Shown here piece by piece: positions 1-7,806 of a stretch of 32,000 nucleotides of DNA (position 1 is its first letter; the number at the start of each line of letters is the position of its first letter). Origin of the DNA: Methanothermobacter sp. (GTDB lineage Archaea; Methanobacteriota; Methanobacteria; Methanobacteriales; DSM-23052); contig JASFYN010000004.1 of the NCBI GenBank assembly GCA_030055615.1, forward strand, positions 123,213 through 155,212, read 5' to 3'. The position numbers were made by a program, and so were the translations under genes. Below the pieces are notes generated by a model. That model did not search any database, was not told where the DNA came from, and saw nothing but the letters and a program-made list of their open reading frames with translations.

Positions 1-15
1 TTATTTCTTGGTAGG

Positions 16-1503
16 GTGAAAGTTTATGTTCCTGATAGGCCTGGGTCTCTTGCAAGGATTGCCGGTTATTTCGCGGATTATGGTATAAATATATCATATT
101 TTTATTATAATAGGTCTGAGCATCCTAATCGCGTTCTTGTTGAAGGAAAGTCTAGGGAGGATGTTTTCCAATCCCTTTATAATGATCTTCTTAGGGAGGG
201 GTTCCTTGGGGAGTTTTTTGAGGAGGATCTTCAGATCATGGAACCTGGTAATGTTCTTAAGGTTTCTGTTTATCTTGAGAACAAACCCGGGACCCTCAGG
301 GATCTTGCAAGGCTACTTGAAAAGTATAATGCGAATGTCACCTACATGATCTATAATGAAATGATATCAGAAAACAAGGCTGAGATGGCATTCTATGTCG
401 AAGATCCCAGGCAGATCCAAGAACTTGCCAAAGAATTAAACAAGCTTGGCTATCATTACAATCTTGAATATACTGGGGCCGACGAGGAAAAAACTAATAC
501 GATGATAGGCTTGAACCTTATTGAGAGGTTTTTCCTCAAACTTAAAGAGATCCTAGATGATGAAGAACTAGCGGAGGTAAAGAGGCTTGTTAACACTTCA
601 AGGAGGTTGTCTGATACTCTTATTGGTTTTAATAGGGAGGCTGGTCGTAATCTTGAGGCTGGTCAAGTTCTTGGGAACATATTAGCCTTTGCAATATCAT
701 CTAGGAGGCATAGGGGTGATGCGTTCTTTTATAGGAGGTTGCCTAGTCTGCCACTCGGTGACGTACTATTGCATGTTTTTAAGCCTCCAACTGGTGGCAA
801 CATCTACCTTCTAGAGGGGGATGATCTTGTAATGGTTGATGGATCCTATGGCATATATTATAATGAGGTAAAGGGTATGTTGGTGGAGAATGGTTTGGAT
901 CCTTCTAGGATAGGTAGGGTTTATCTTTCGCATGCTGATGCTGATCATGCCGGTCTTAGCGGGTACTTCCATGAGGAGTATGGTAGTGAGGTTTTTTTGC
1001 ATCCGCGGGCCGAGGATATTATAGTTGGGGAGAATCGTGCGGCAGGCTCGAAAACGCCCTTGATGGAGCTTAACCATTATTTCACAATCCTTGTAAATCA
1101 TTTTACAGAGTGTAAGTTTCCTGAAAAGTGGCAACCATACAAGACAAATAAAAAAGGCGAGATCGGGGCATTCCCCATAATAGACCATTTCAATGTTGGA
1201 AACTTAGAATTTAAGGTTTTGGAGAGTCTTGGGGGTCATATACCTGGACAGGTATTCTTTTTATCAGAGGAGGCTGGTGTACTGTTCAGTGGTGATTATC
1301 TGCTTTATGTGCCAAGCCTAGATGATGAAGAGAAGAAGTTCCTGAACATTCCAAGGTTTCTTATGACAAGTACAAATGCAAACTCAATGCTATTTAAGGA
1401 AGAAATGGAAGCATTAAAAGAGGTTGCAAAGGAAATTGATGAAAAGGTGAGTTTGATTGTTTTACCTGGCCATGGGGATTATTATCCTATAAAATTAATA
1501 TAG
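16..1503 (+). CDS. ACT-ACT / metallo-beta-lactamase-fold fusion protein, function unknown
   Basis: 495-aa ORF with GTG start. It has two N-terminal ACT-like units (VYVPDRPGSLARIAGYFADYGINI; VYLENKPGTLRDLARLLEKYNANV). The C-terminal half carries the MBL signature SHADADHAG (HxHxDH) and a late PGHGD. Confidence 0.8.
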   Translation: MKVYVPDRPGSLARIAGYFADYGINISYFYYNRSEHPNRVLVEGKSREDVFQSLYNDLLREGFLGEFFEEDLQIMEPGNVLKVSVYLENKPGTLRDLARLLEKYNANVTYMIYNEMISENKAEMAFYVEDPRQIQELAKELNKLGYHYNLEYTGADEEKTNTMIGLNLIERFFLKLKEILDDEELAEVKRLVNTSRRLSDTLIGFNREAGRNLEAGQVLGNILAFAISSRRHRGDAFFYRRLPSLPLGDVLLHVFKPPTGGNIYLLEGDDLVMVDGSYGIYYNEVKGMLVENGLDPSRIGRVYLSHADADHAGLSGYFHEEYGSEVFLHPRAEDIIVGENRAAGSKTPLMELNHYFTILVNHFTECKFPEKWQPYKTNKKGEIGAFPIIDHFNVGNLEFKVLESLGGHIPGQVFFLSEEAGVLFSGDYLLYVPSLDDEEKKFLNIPRFLMTSTNANSMLFKEEMEALKEVAKEIDEKVSLIVLPGHGDYYPIKLI

Positions 1504-1510
1504 GGGGGGG

Positions 1511-1837
1511 TTATTTTTTGAACCAGCCTGCTTCTTCCATGGCCTTTAATGCTATCTGGGTGCTTTTGTCGTCGCCTCTTGCCACGCTTATTCCGATTTT
1601 TTCTTTGGTGGCTTCTATTATTTTGCCTATTGTTTTGTGTGTGAATCCTGGGCATAATATTATTGAGTGTATTCCCTGTTTGGCGAGTTCTTTGCATACT
1701 TCTATTGCCTGGTTTTCGTCTTTTACTAGTATGCTTGTAAGTTCATAGAGGTTTGTTTCGATTTTGCATTTGTCCTTTTGTGGGTCTGCATCTGGTACAT
1801 ATGCTAAGAATGCTGTTTTAAATTTTTTGGTGCTCAT
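1511..1837 (-). CDS. small conserved alpha/beta protein, DUF6506-like by recollection
   Basis: 108-aa ORF with ATG start. The pattern AFLAYVPDADP...ELAKQGIHSIILCPGFTHKTIGKI resembles the DUF6506 family as I remember it. It is convergent with the upstream gene across a 7-nt gap. Confidence 0.55.
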   Translation of the reverse strand: MSTKKFKTAFLAYVPDADPQKDKCKIETNLYELTSILVKDENQAIEVCKELAKQGIHSIILCPGFTHKTIGKIIEATKEKIGISVARGDDKSTQIALKAMEEAGWFKK

Positions 1838-1880
1838 ATTAATATAAGATGGTGGAAATATAATATATACTTTTTAGTTT

Positions 1881-2075
1881 GTGGGGGTTTTGGGTTTGAT
1901 ACATTATAGGTTGGATGCGCCTGAAACTGTTAAATGTTCAGTTTGTGGCGGGGTTGCAGTTGAAATTGAAGAGGAATATCCTGAGGGAGATTTTGTTATG
2001 ATAACGTATAAGTGTAGGGATTGTGGACATATAGAGAGGAGGCAGTATGGTAGGCCCACTAGCATAATAGATTAA
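1881..2075 (+). CDS. small zinc-ribbon protein
   Basis: 64-aa ORF with two CxxC knuckles (CSVCGG ... CRDCGH). The start is ambiguous: GTG at 1881 or TTG at 1896, the latter 7 nt after a GGGGG Shine-Dalgarno-like run. Confidence 0.5.
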   Translation: MGVLGLIHYRLDAPETVKCSVCGGVAVEIEEEYPEGDFVMITYKCRDCGHIERRQYGRPTSIID

Positions 2076-2117
2076 GTTCGTTATAGATGGATTTAACGAA
2101 CAAGATGGGGGGATAAT

Positions 2118-2789
2118 ATGAAGACAGAATATGGGACCATCTCCAAGAAAATGAAAGATAAACTGGGACTTGAAAGATCCCCAGTGGCTGTAAAACTCGT
2201 ACTCCGCGAGGAAGACTTGCCAGATGGTGTTTCCAGGATAAGTGAGCCGGCAAGACATTGTGAAATGGTGATGAGAGCAAGCAGAGGCGAAATGTTCTAT
2301 GCACTAGCAGAGGACCAAGAATGCAAAGGAGGAGCAGGTGCCATCGGAGCTGATGAAACACCAGAAAAAGTGAAAACCGGAGAATTCTATTATGAGTTGG
2401 GCAGATTTTCAAGTTTACCAGCCGCCAAAAGAACCTTAGACATGATCCCAAAGATAGACCTCAGATTTTATGCTGTAGTATACGCACCACTAGAAAAGGC
2501 AGAATTTGACCCTGACGTCATACTAGTGGTCTGTAACCCGGCCCAGGCCCTTAGGATAGTCCAAGCCCTAGTCTACACTAAGGGTGGCAGAGCCAAAGGA
2601 GACTTCGCAGGTATACAGTCAGTTTGCGCAGATGCAGTAGCAGGACCATACATGCGAGGCGAAGCCAACATAACCCTCGGCTGCAGCGGATCAAGACAAT
2701 ATACTGATATAAGAGAAGATGAACTCATAGTTGGTTTAACAGCCGAAAACATAGACTGTATAATGGAAGCACTAGAAGAAATGGCATAG
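2118..2789 (+). CDS. DUF169-family protein
   Basis: 223-aa ORF. GGGGGAT lies 3 nt before the ATG. The N-terminal LGLERSPVAVKL and overall size and pattern are typical of DUF169 as I recall it. Confidence 0.75.
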   Translation: MKTEYGTISKKMKDKLGLERSPVAVKLVLREEDLPDGVSRISEPARHCEMVMRASRGEMFYALAEDQECKGGAGAIGADETPEKVKTGEFYYELGRFSSLPAAKRTLDMIPKIDLRFYAVVYAPLEKAEFDPDVILVVCNPAQALRIVQALVYTKGGRAKGDFAGIQSVCADAVAGPYMRGEANITLGCSGSRQYTDIREDELIVGLTAENIDCIMEALEEMA

Positions 2790-2794
2790 GAGGG

Positions 2795-3004
2795 ATGATC
2801 TTGGTAGAGATAACCGAAATATTGGATGAAACACGTGACTTGGCCGAAAAGATAAAAAAGTACCGTAAAGAGGCTGAAAGCGAAATCATATCATGTTGGG
2901 TCTATGATGTCCTGCTTTCAATGGAAAAGTTGGCGAAGATAGTTGAAGAACTACAGGATAGAGTAGATTTGCTCGAGGAGGAGCTAGAAGGTAAAAAATT
3001 CTAG
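2795..3004 (+). CDS. small coiled-coil protein, hypothetical
   Basis: 69-aa E/K/L-rich ORF directly after DUF169. GGAGGG abuts ATG 2795, so TTG 2801 may be the real start. Its stop shares a CTAG with the convergent gene. Confidence 0.4.
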   Translation: MILVEITEILDETRDLAEKIKKYRKEAESEIISCWVYDVLLSMEKLAKIVEELQDRVDLLEEELEGKKF

Positions 3005-3633
3005 TTTCTCAATTTTATTTTTAGATAATCATCGAAAGTATTAAGGTTGATGAGTTCTATCTCATCTGATGGTCTTATAGCATATAGGCTTATACCATCT
3101 TCTATTAGGTGCCAGAGTAATGGGTTGATATTACCTTTATAAGATGGCAGATACTTTAGTAGGAGTTTCCTGGTGGCTGCAAATGGCATTCCAAGGCCCC
3201 TGGGATCTTCTAAGCGGCCGAAAGAGCCTCTCCCAAGGATTGACACGATATCATCTTCCACTGCCTCAATAATTCTCTTGTAAGTTTTGGAGGTGACCGT
3301 CGGCTGGTCTCCAGCAACACAAAGACAAAGATCGCCCTTTGAGTTCTTCACACCATTTAAAAGGGAACCTGTCAATGGCAGATCATCCTGGTTTTCCACA
3401 ATCTTAACATCTATGTTGCTGATTACTGGGATTATATTATCCTTTTGGTGTCCAACAACGACGATACACTCATCCACACCAGCCTCTAGGACATTAGCTA
3501 TGGTCTTTTCTATTACTGTACTATTATTTAATCTGAGCAAGAGCTTATGCACCGGTTTTAAGCCCCTCTTTTTCATGTCGTCTTTCATCCTTTTTCCTTT
3601 ACCTGCTGCTGTTATAATCCCTGATACTGTCAT
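3001..3633 (-). CDS. MobA-like (NTP_transf_3 type) nucleotidyltransferase
   Basis: 210-aa ORF with the N-terminal nucleotide-binding signature GIITAAGKGKRM and an internal VAGDQP motif typical of MobA/MocA-like NTP transferases. It begins 4 nt after the upstream gene. Confidence 0.8.
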   Translation of the reverse strand: MTVSGIITAAGKGKRMKDDMKKRGLKPVHKLLLRLNNSTVIEKTIANVLEAGVDECIVVVGHQKDNIIPVISNIDVKIVENQDDLPLTGSLLNGVKNSKGDLCLCVAGDQPTVTSKTYKRIIEAVEDDIVSILGRGSFGRLEDPRGLGMPFAATRKLLLKYLPSYKGNINPLLWHLIEDGISLYAIRPSDEIELINLNTFDDYLKIKLRN

Positions 3634-3637
3634 CGTT

Positions 3638-4813
3638 TCACGTTGGTATTAGTCTGAGTATCTTGGCATGTATTAACATGCTCGGACCTGAACCTTCAGT
3701 CCACATGATTATCATTATAGGATATTTTCCGTCATTGTATACTTTAACATCTGTTGCCGGGTCGAAACCATATACAAGGGCAAAATATCCCCAAGTTATA
3801 CCTGTGGGTGTGGGTAATCCTGCTTGCGCAACAGCATTCCTGAGGGCTCTTGCTGGTGGACATGTACCATGGGATGCATACCCGCCAGGAGCTTTCGGAT
3901 CCCTGGATGATGTGAACTGAACTGTATCCTTTCCAGATGAACTTGTCCCAGGCGGCACTATAGTACCGTTCCATGCTTTTACGAATTCTCTTGCATTGTA
4001 TTCCCTGCTTATATCATCATATTCTGGGAAGGATTCAAGTTGGCTTGTGGCCGTTGCAATCTCTTCAACCTTGTAATGGTGCATGTAAGCCATGATGGGC
4101 GTGCCTGGGGGGTATTCCTCCATGTATTTTTTAGTTTTTTCACCGAAGTATTTGGTTATCTTGTCGGGTGGTACTTCTAGTCTGCCATCATTAAAATTGG
4201 AAAGTGAAAAGTCTATAGCTATGCTGTCACCCACTTTTGATTCATTGTACCATTTTTTGAGTTCTGTTGTATTTATGTAATCAGAATGTATATTACCTAT
4301 CTCATTAGGTGATACGGTCTTTATTGTCCTATTTTTTTGTATGATGGCTATGCCATCTTTTGTCTTAACGGCGTAGGTGTAGGGTGTCTTGTAGGCCCAT
4401 ATGAAGTTTGCTGGTGGTTGTACAACTAGCTTGTTTTCTTTTATTGTTAGCATCCCTGGACCTTCAAATTGGGAGGCTCTTCCACCAACTTCGACACCCT
4501 CTGTAATTTCCTTGATTGGTTTCATGATAGTCCCGGTAAGTAGACCATAAATGACCGCACCTATATCTCCATCTTGCATGTTTTTGATTAGATAATCTGG
4601 GCGTGTGACTAGTGGTTCTTTTCTTATCTTGGCTGGGTCTGCTACTTGCATCCCAGTCACTACTGTACTTCCTACTGGTACGCTATTTATTTCCTCAGGA
4701 TCCTGTGGGGGTATATTATTTTGTAGATGGTAGTCTATTGGTGTCATTACAACAACGATTAATATTAGTATGAGTATAACGGTCCTAGGATCCTTTGAGG
4801 ATGCTTTTAGCAT
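3638..4813 (-). CDS. membrane-anchored extracytoplasmic protein with a distant VanW-like C-terminal domain
   Basis: 391-aa ORF. It has an N-terminal signal anchor (KDPRTVILILILIVVVMTP). C-terminal blocks IVPPGTSSSG, SHGTCPPARALRNAVAQAGLP and GFDPATDVKVYNDGKYPIMII are in VanW-like order. Its start overlaps the ligase gene by 29 nt. Confidence 0.7.
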   Translation of the reverse strand: MLKASSKDPRTVILILILIVVVMTPIDYHLQNNIPPQDPEEINSVPVGSTVVTGMQVADPAKIRKEPLVTRPDYLIKNMQDGDIGAVIYGLLTGTIMKPIKEITEGVEVGGRASQFEGPGMLTIKENKLVVQPPANFIWAYKTPYTYAVKTKDGIAIIQKNRTIKTVSPNEIGNIHSDYINTTELKKWYNESKVGDSIAIDFSLSNFNDGRLEVPPDKITKYFGEKTKKYMEEYPPGTPIMAYMHHYKVEEIATATSQLESFPEYDDISREYNAREFVKAWNGTIVPPGTSSSGKDTVQFTSSRDPKAPGGYASHGTCPPARALRNAVAQAGLPTPTGITWGYFALVYGFDPATDVKVYNDGKYPIMIIMWTEGSGPSMLIHAKILRLIPT

Positions 4814-6251
4814 ATTTATAGCCTCCTTCTCCTATTATTAGGATGGTATCATTTTCATCGGCATGTTCTAGGGCCTTTTGGATTGCTTCTTTTACCTGTT
4901 GGTGGCTTGCCCCCAATGTCCCCCTTTTTATTTTTTGTCTACTAGACTTTATATGTATGATCTTTGATTTTGTATGATCTGATGCTTCCCTTGCATTATA
5001 TGACGCTGGTATTATTATGTTAGCATTTGATAATATTCTTGCTATTTCTTTGTCACCTTCTATTCCACTCTCAGAAGAAATTGTATTTACTACTATGATC
5101 TTTCCAATAGTTTCTTCTTTTACTAGTTGCATTATTGCCCTAACACCAGCGGGGTTATGAGCATAATCTATAATTATCCTGGGCTTTTCCTTTATTATTT
5201 CATGTCTTCCGCTGGCGCCCTTGAATGAGCTTATACCCTTAATGATATACTTGGGGTCTATGCCCAAAGTTAAGCTGGCAGCTGCTGCCGCAAGACTATT
5301 ATATACGTTGAAAATTCCGCCTATTTTGAGTTTAATTGTCTCATCTGTTATATTTAATTTGAACTTGTCCTTTTCTACCTGGGTGGCTTTAACTTCTGGT
5401 TGCGGTCTCTTGTAACCGCATGTACAATAATAGTCTCCAAGGTGGCCTAAGAATCTTCTCTTGTATTTTAGGGGTTTGCCACAGTATGAGCATTCTCGGT
5501 CCTCTGGGAATGCTTCAACGGGGTATTTGAGTGATTCTATGCCATAGAATGTTACTCTGTCCTTTGGGAGGTTATTGGCGAAACTTGCTACTATTGGATC
5601 ATCTGCATTTAATATGATGTGTTGGGCGACATCTATGATTTCCCTCTTACATTCTATGTATGTTGGGAAGTCCTCTGGTGGTAGATGATCCCTTGAAATG
5701 TTTGTTATAATGGCTATTTTGACCTTGCTGTCTTCGGCTGTCTTTTTTATTTCGCCTGGTCTTCCGAATGTTCCTATTTCAACTACTGCTATGTCACCTT
5801 CCAGTCTTGCTTGTAGAGCTGGTATTAGTTCGGTATTTCCTTGGATGTTAAGATGGTGTTCAGGTACCTTGTATCCAGCCACTTTTAGGATGTTTTTTAG
5901 TATCTTTGTGGTTGTGGTTTTACCATTGGTCCCGGTGACGCCTACAACTGGCTTTTTAACTTTACAAGAGGCTATGATGTCCTCAACTGTTATGATCTTT
6001 TTGCCTTTTATGAGTTGGAGTATATTTTTATTTTTTAGTAAGCTTGGCGCTACCGCTATCTTATCAGCACCTTTTATTATTTTGGGGTTGTGGCCTCCAA
6101 GGTCTAGTTTGATGCCTTCTGCTTCAAAGATCTTGCGTAGGGGTGTTTCCTTGCGAATGTCTGATACCGTTACTATAGCATTTTTTGCAAGTATTCTTGC
6201 CATTAGGCTGCCTACTGTCCCGCAACCACCAAGTACTACTATGTTCTCCAT
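4785..6251 (-). CDS. Mur-ligase family protein (pseudomurein peptide ligase paralog) with a MurT-like Cys4 zinc ribbon
   Basis: 488-aa ORF. Motifs seen: N-terminal Rossmann VVLGGCGTVGS, P-loop GVTGTNGKTTTT, DYAHNP motif, and insert CSYCGKPLKYKRRFLGHLGDYYCTCG. Confidence 0.9.
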   Translation of the reverse strand: MENIVVLGGCGTVGSLMARILAKNAIVTVSDIRKETPLRKIFEAEGIKLDLGGHNPKIIKGADKIAVAPSLLKNKNILQLIKGKKIITVEDIIASCKVKKPVVGVTGTNGKTTTTKILKNILKVAGYKVPEHHLNIQGNTELIPALQARLEGDIAVVEIGTFGRPGEIKKTAEDSKVKIAIITNISRDHLPPEDFPTYIECKREIIDVAQHIILNADDPIVASFANNLPKDRVTFYGIESLKYPVEAFPEDRECSYCGKPLKYKRRFLGHLGDYYCTCGYKRPQPEVKATQVEKDKFKLNITDETIKLKIGGIFNVYNSLAAAAASLTLGIDPKYIIKGISSFKGASGRHEIIKEKPRIIIDYAHNPAGVRAIMQLVKEETIGKIIVVNTISSESGIEGDKEIARILSNANIIIPASYNAREASDHTKSKIIHIKSSRQKIKRGTLGASHQQVKEAIQKALEHADENDTILIIGEGGYKYAKSILKGS

Positions 6252-6252
6252 T

Positions 6253-7806
6253 TTAGAGTTTCTCCTTGTAATTTTTTATAGCACGTTGGATGTCCTTTTT
6301 CACATTTTGGTAGGCGTTAACAACACCAGGGCCCATGTGGATTATTGTATCTCCTTTTTCAGAATTTTCTATGGCCTTTTTGATGGATTTGTATACGTTT
6401 TCTACTATTATGGTTTTTGTGGGGTTCGCTCCCTTGGCAACTTCTTCAGCTGCTTTCCAGTCTATTTTTTCTGTTGTTTCATTTTTAGCGCTTACAATGA
6501 GAATTTCAGCCGCTTTTGCGAGTGTTCTGCCTATCTTGAATTTGTCCCGCACTGTTAAAGTGTCGGGGTTGTCGAGGCTTATTATAAGCCTACCATCAAA
6601 TTCCAAACCCTCAAATAATTTTTCCATGCTCTCAGGATTGTGAGCAGCGTCCATGTAAATTTTAACACCATTAACTTCGTCTATGACCTCGAAACGACCT
6701 CTTATGCCCTTGAATTCGCCCATGCGCTTCTTTAGGTAGTCTATGTCAAAGCCTAGTATTAGTCCTGTTGTAATGGCTGCTAGTGCATTTTCAACATTAA
6801 ATATCCCTGGAACCTTTAAAGTTACTCTTTCCTTGTATGGTCCGAAGTATTCTCTTCTAAAATTTCCACATTCACATTTTATGCTTCCGCATCTTTCACA
6901 GATTATTGTGGGTATTCTCCCAATTGTGAGGGTAAATTCCGACCCTTTAAGACCGTTTAATTTGATTTTCTCGGCTTTAACATCAGCTGGTAAAGGTTTT
7001 GTCACATAACTTTTACCATGAAATTCCATCTTTCTCTTTCTGCCCACGCTATAGATGATATGGGGTGATTCTATCTCACTTGTGAGCCTGTTTATTATGG
7101 GATCGTCTCCGTTGAGTATGAGCAGGCCCTTTTGGTCGATAAGGTCTTTGATGAGAAAGTTACGCCTGATATAATCATCATAATCTTTAAATTCATCGAG
7201 GTGGTCTGGGGTGAGGGTAGTTATAATACCAGCGCATAATTCAAGGCCTTGTGTCATCCTTATGGTACCATGAGGCAATTCAAAAACTGCAAATTCGCCT
7301 TCACCTAGTTTATCTTCTATTAGTAGGTCGACTAGCCCTTCGATGACAAGGGAATCTTCTAATGATGAAAAGGAGATTGTAGGGTGCTGTCCTTCTATGA
7401 TATGTTTTATCATGTTTGTGGTCGTGGTTTTACCATCTGTGCCTGCTACTCCAACCATCGGAATTTTAATAAAAGAGTTGAGCATTCTCCCAATCATAGG
7501 AGGTGTGATATACTCAATCTCTTTTTCTGTTTTTTTTATTAGTTCGTATATTATGGAATTTTTGGGGATGTTGGGTGAAATGAAGATTGAATCTGCCCAT
7601 TCTATATCCTTGGGATGGTGTCCTCCAAAATGAAATCTTATACCATTTTTTTGCATCTTTTTTATCCTCTTTTTGGCCTTTGGGGGTAGTTTTTCGAATT
7701 CTTTAATTTCTGTGACTAACACTTCATTGCCAAGGTGGTGTAGTAGTTTTGCAGCGGGTCTGCCGGCGTTCCCTGCACCAACCACTAGTATTTTTTTATT
7801 TTTCAT
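6253..7806 (-). CDS. Mur-ligase family protein (pseudomurein peptide ligase paralog) with a compact Cys4 knuckle
   Basis: 517-aa ORF. Motifs seen: LVVGAGNAGRPAAKLL Rossmann, P-loop GVAGTDGKTTTT, DAAHNP motif, and insert CERCGSIKCECG. It has an ATGA overlap with the upstream ligase. Confidence 0.9.
   Translation of the reverse strand: MKNKKILVVGAGNAGRPAAKLLHHLGNEVLVTEIKEFEKLPPKAKKRIKKMQKNGIRFHFGGHHPKDIEWADSIFISPNIPKNSIIYELIKKTEKEIEYITPPMIGRMLNSFIKIPMVGVAGTDGKTTTTNMIKHIIEGQHPTISFSSLEDSLVIEGLVDLLIEDKLGEGEFAVFELPHGTIRMTQGLELCAGIITTLTPDHLDEFKDYDDYIRRNFLIKDLIDQKGLLILNGDDPIINRLTSEIESPHIIYSVGRKRKMEFHGKSYVTKPLPADVKAEKIKLNGLKGSEFTLTIGRIPTIICERCGSIKCECGNFRREYFGPYKERVTLKVPGIFNVENALAAITTGLILGFDIDYLKKRMGEFKGIRGRFEVIDEVNGVKIYMDAAHNPESMEKLFEGLEFDGRLIISLDNPDTLTVRDKFKIGRTLAKAAEILIVSAKNETTEKIDWKAAEEVAKGANPTKTIIVENVYKSIKKAIENSEKGDTIIHMGPGVVNAYQNVKKDIQRAIKNYKEKL

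Noticed and set aside
1503-1510. G8 homopolymer considered as a slipped-strand or phase-variation site
   Set aside because: It lies in the 7-nt spacer between two convergent stop codons, so length changes have no reading-frame consequence. It is probably just part of the terminator region (followed by TTATTTTTT).
5698-6558. 286-aa plus-strand ORF spanning two Mur-ligase genes
   Set aside because: It is antisense to two strongly supported ligase genes and crosses their junction. It has hydrophobic low-complexity composition typical of a shadow frame.
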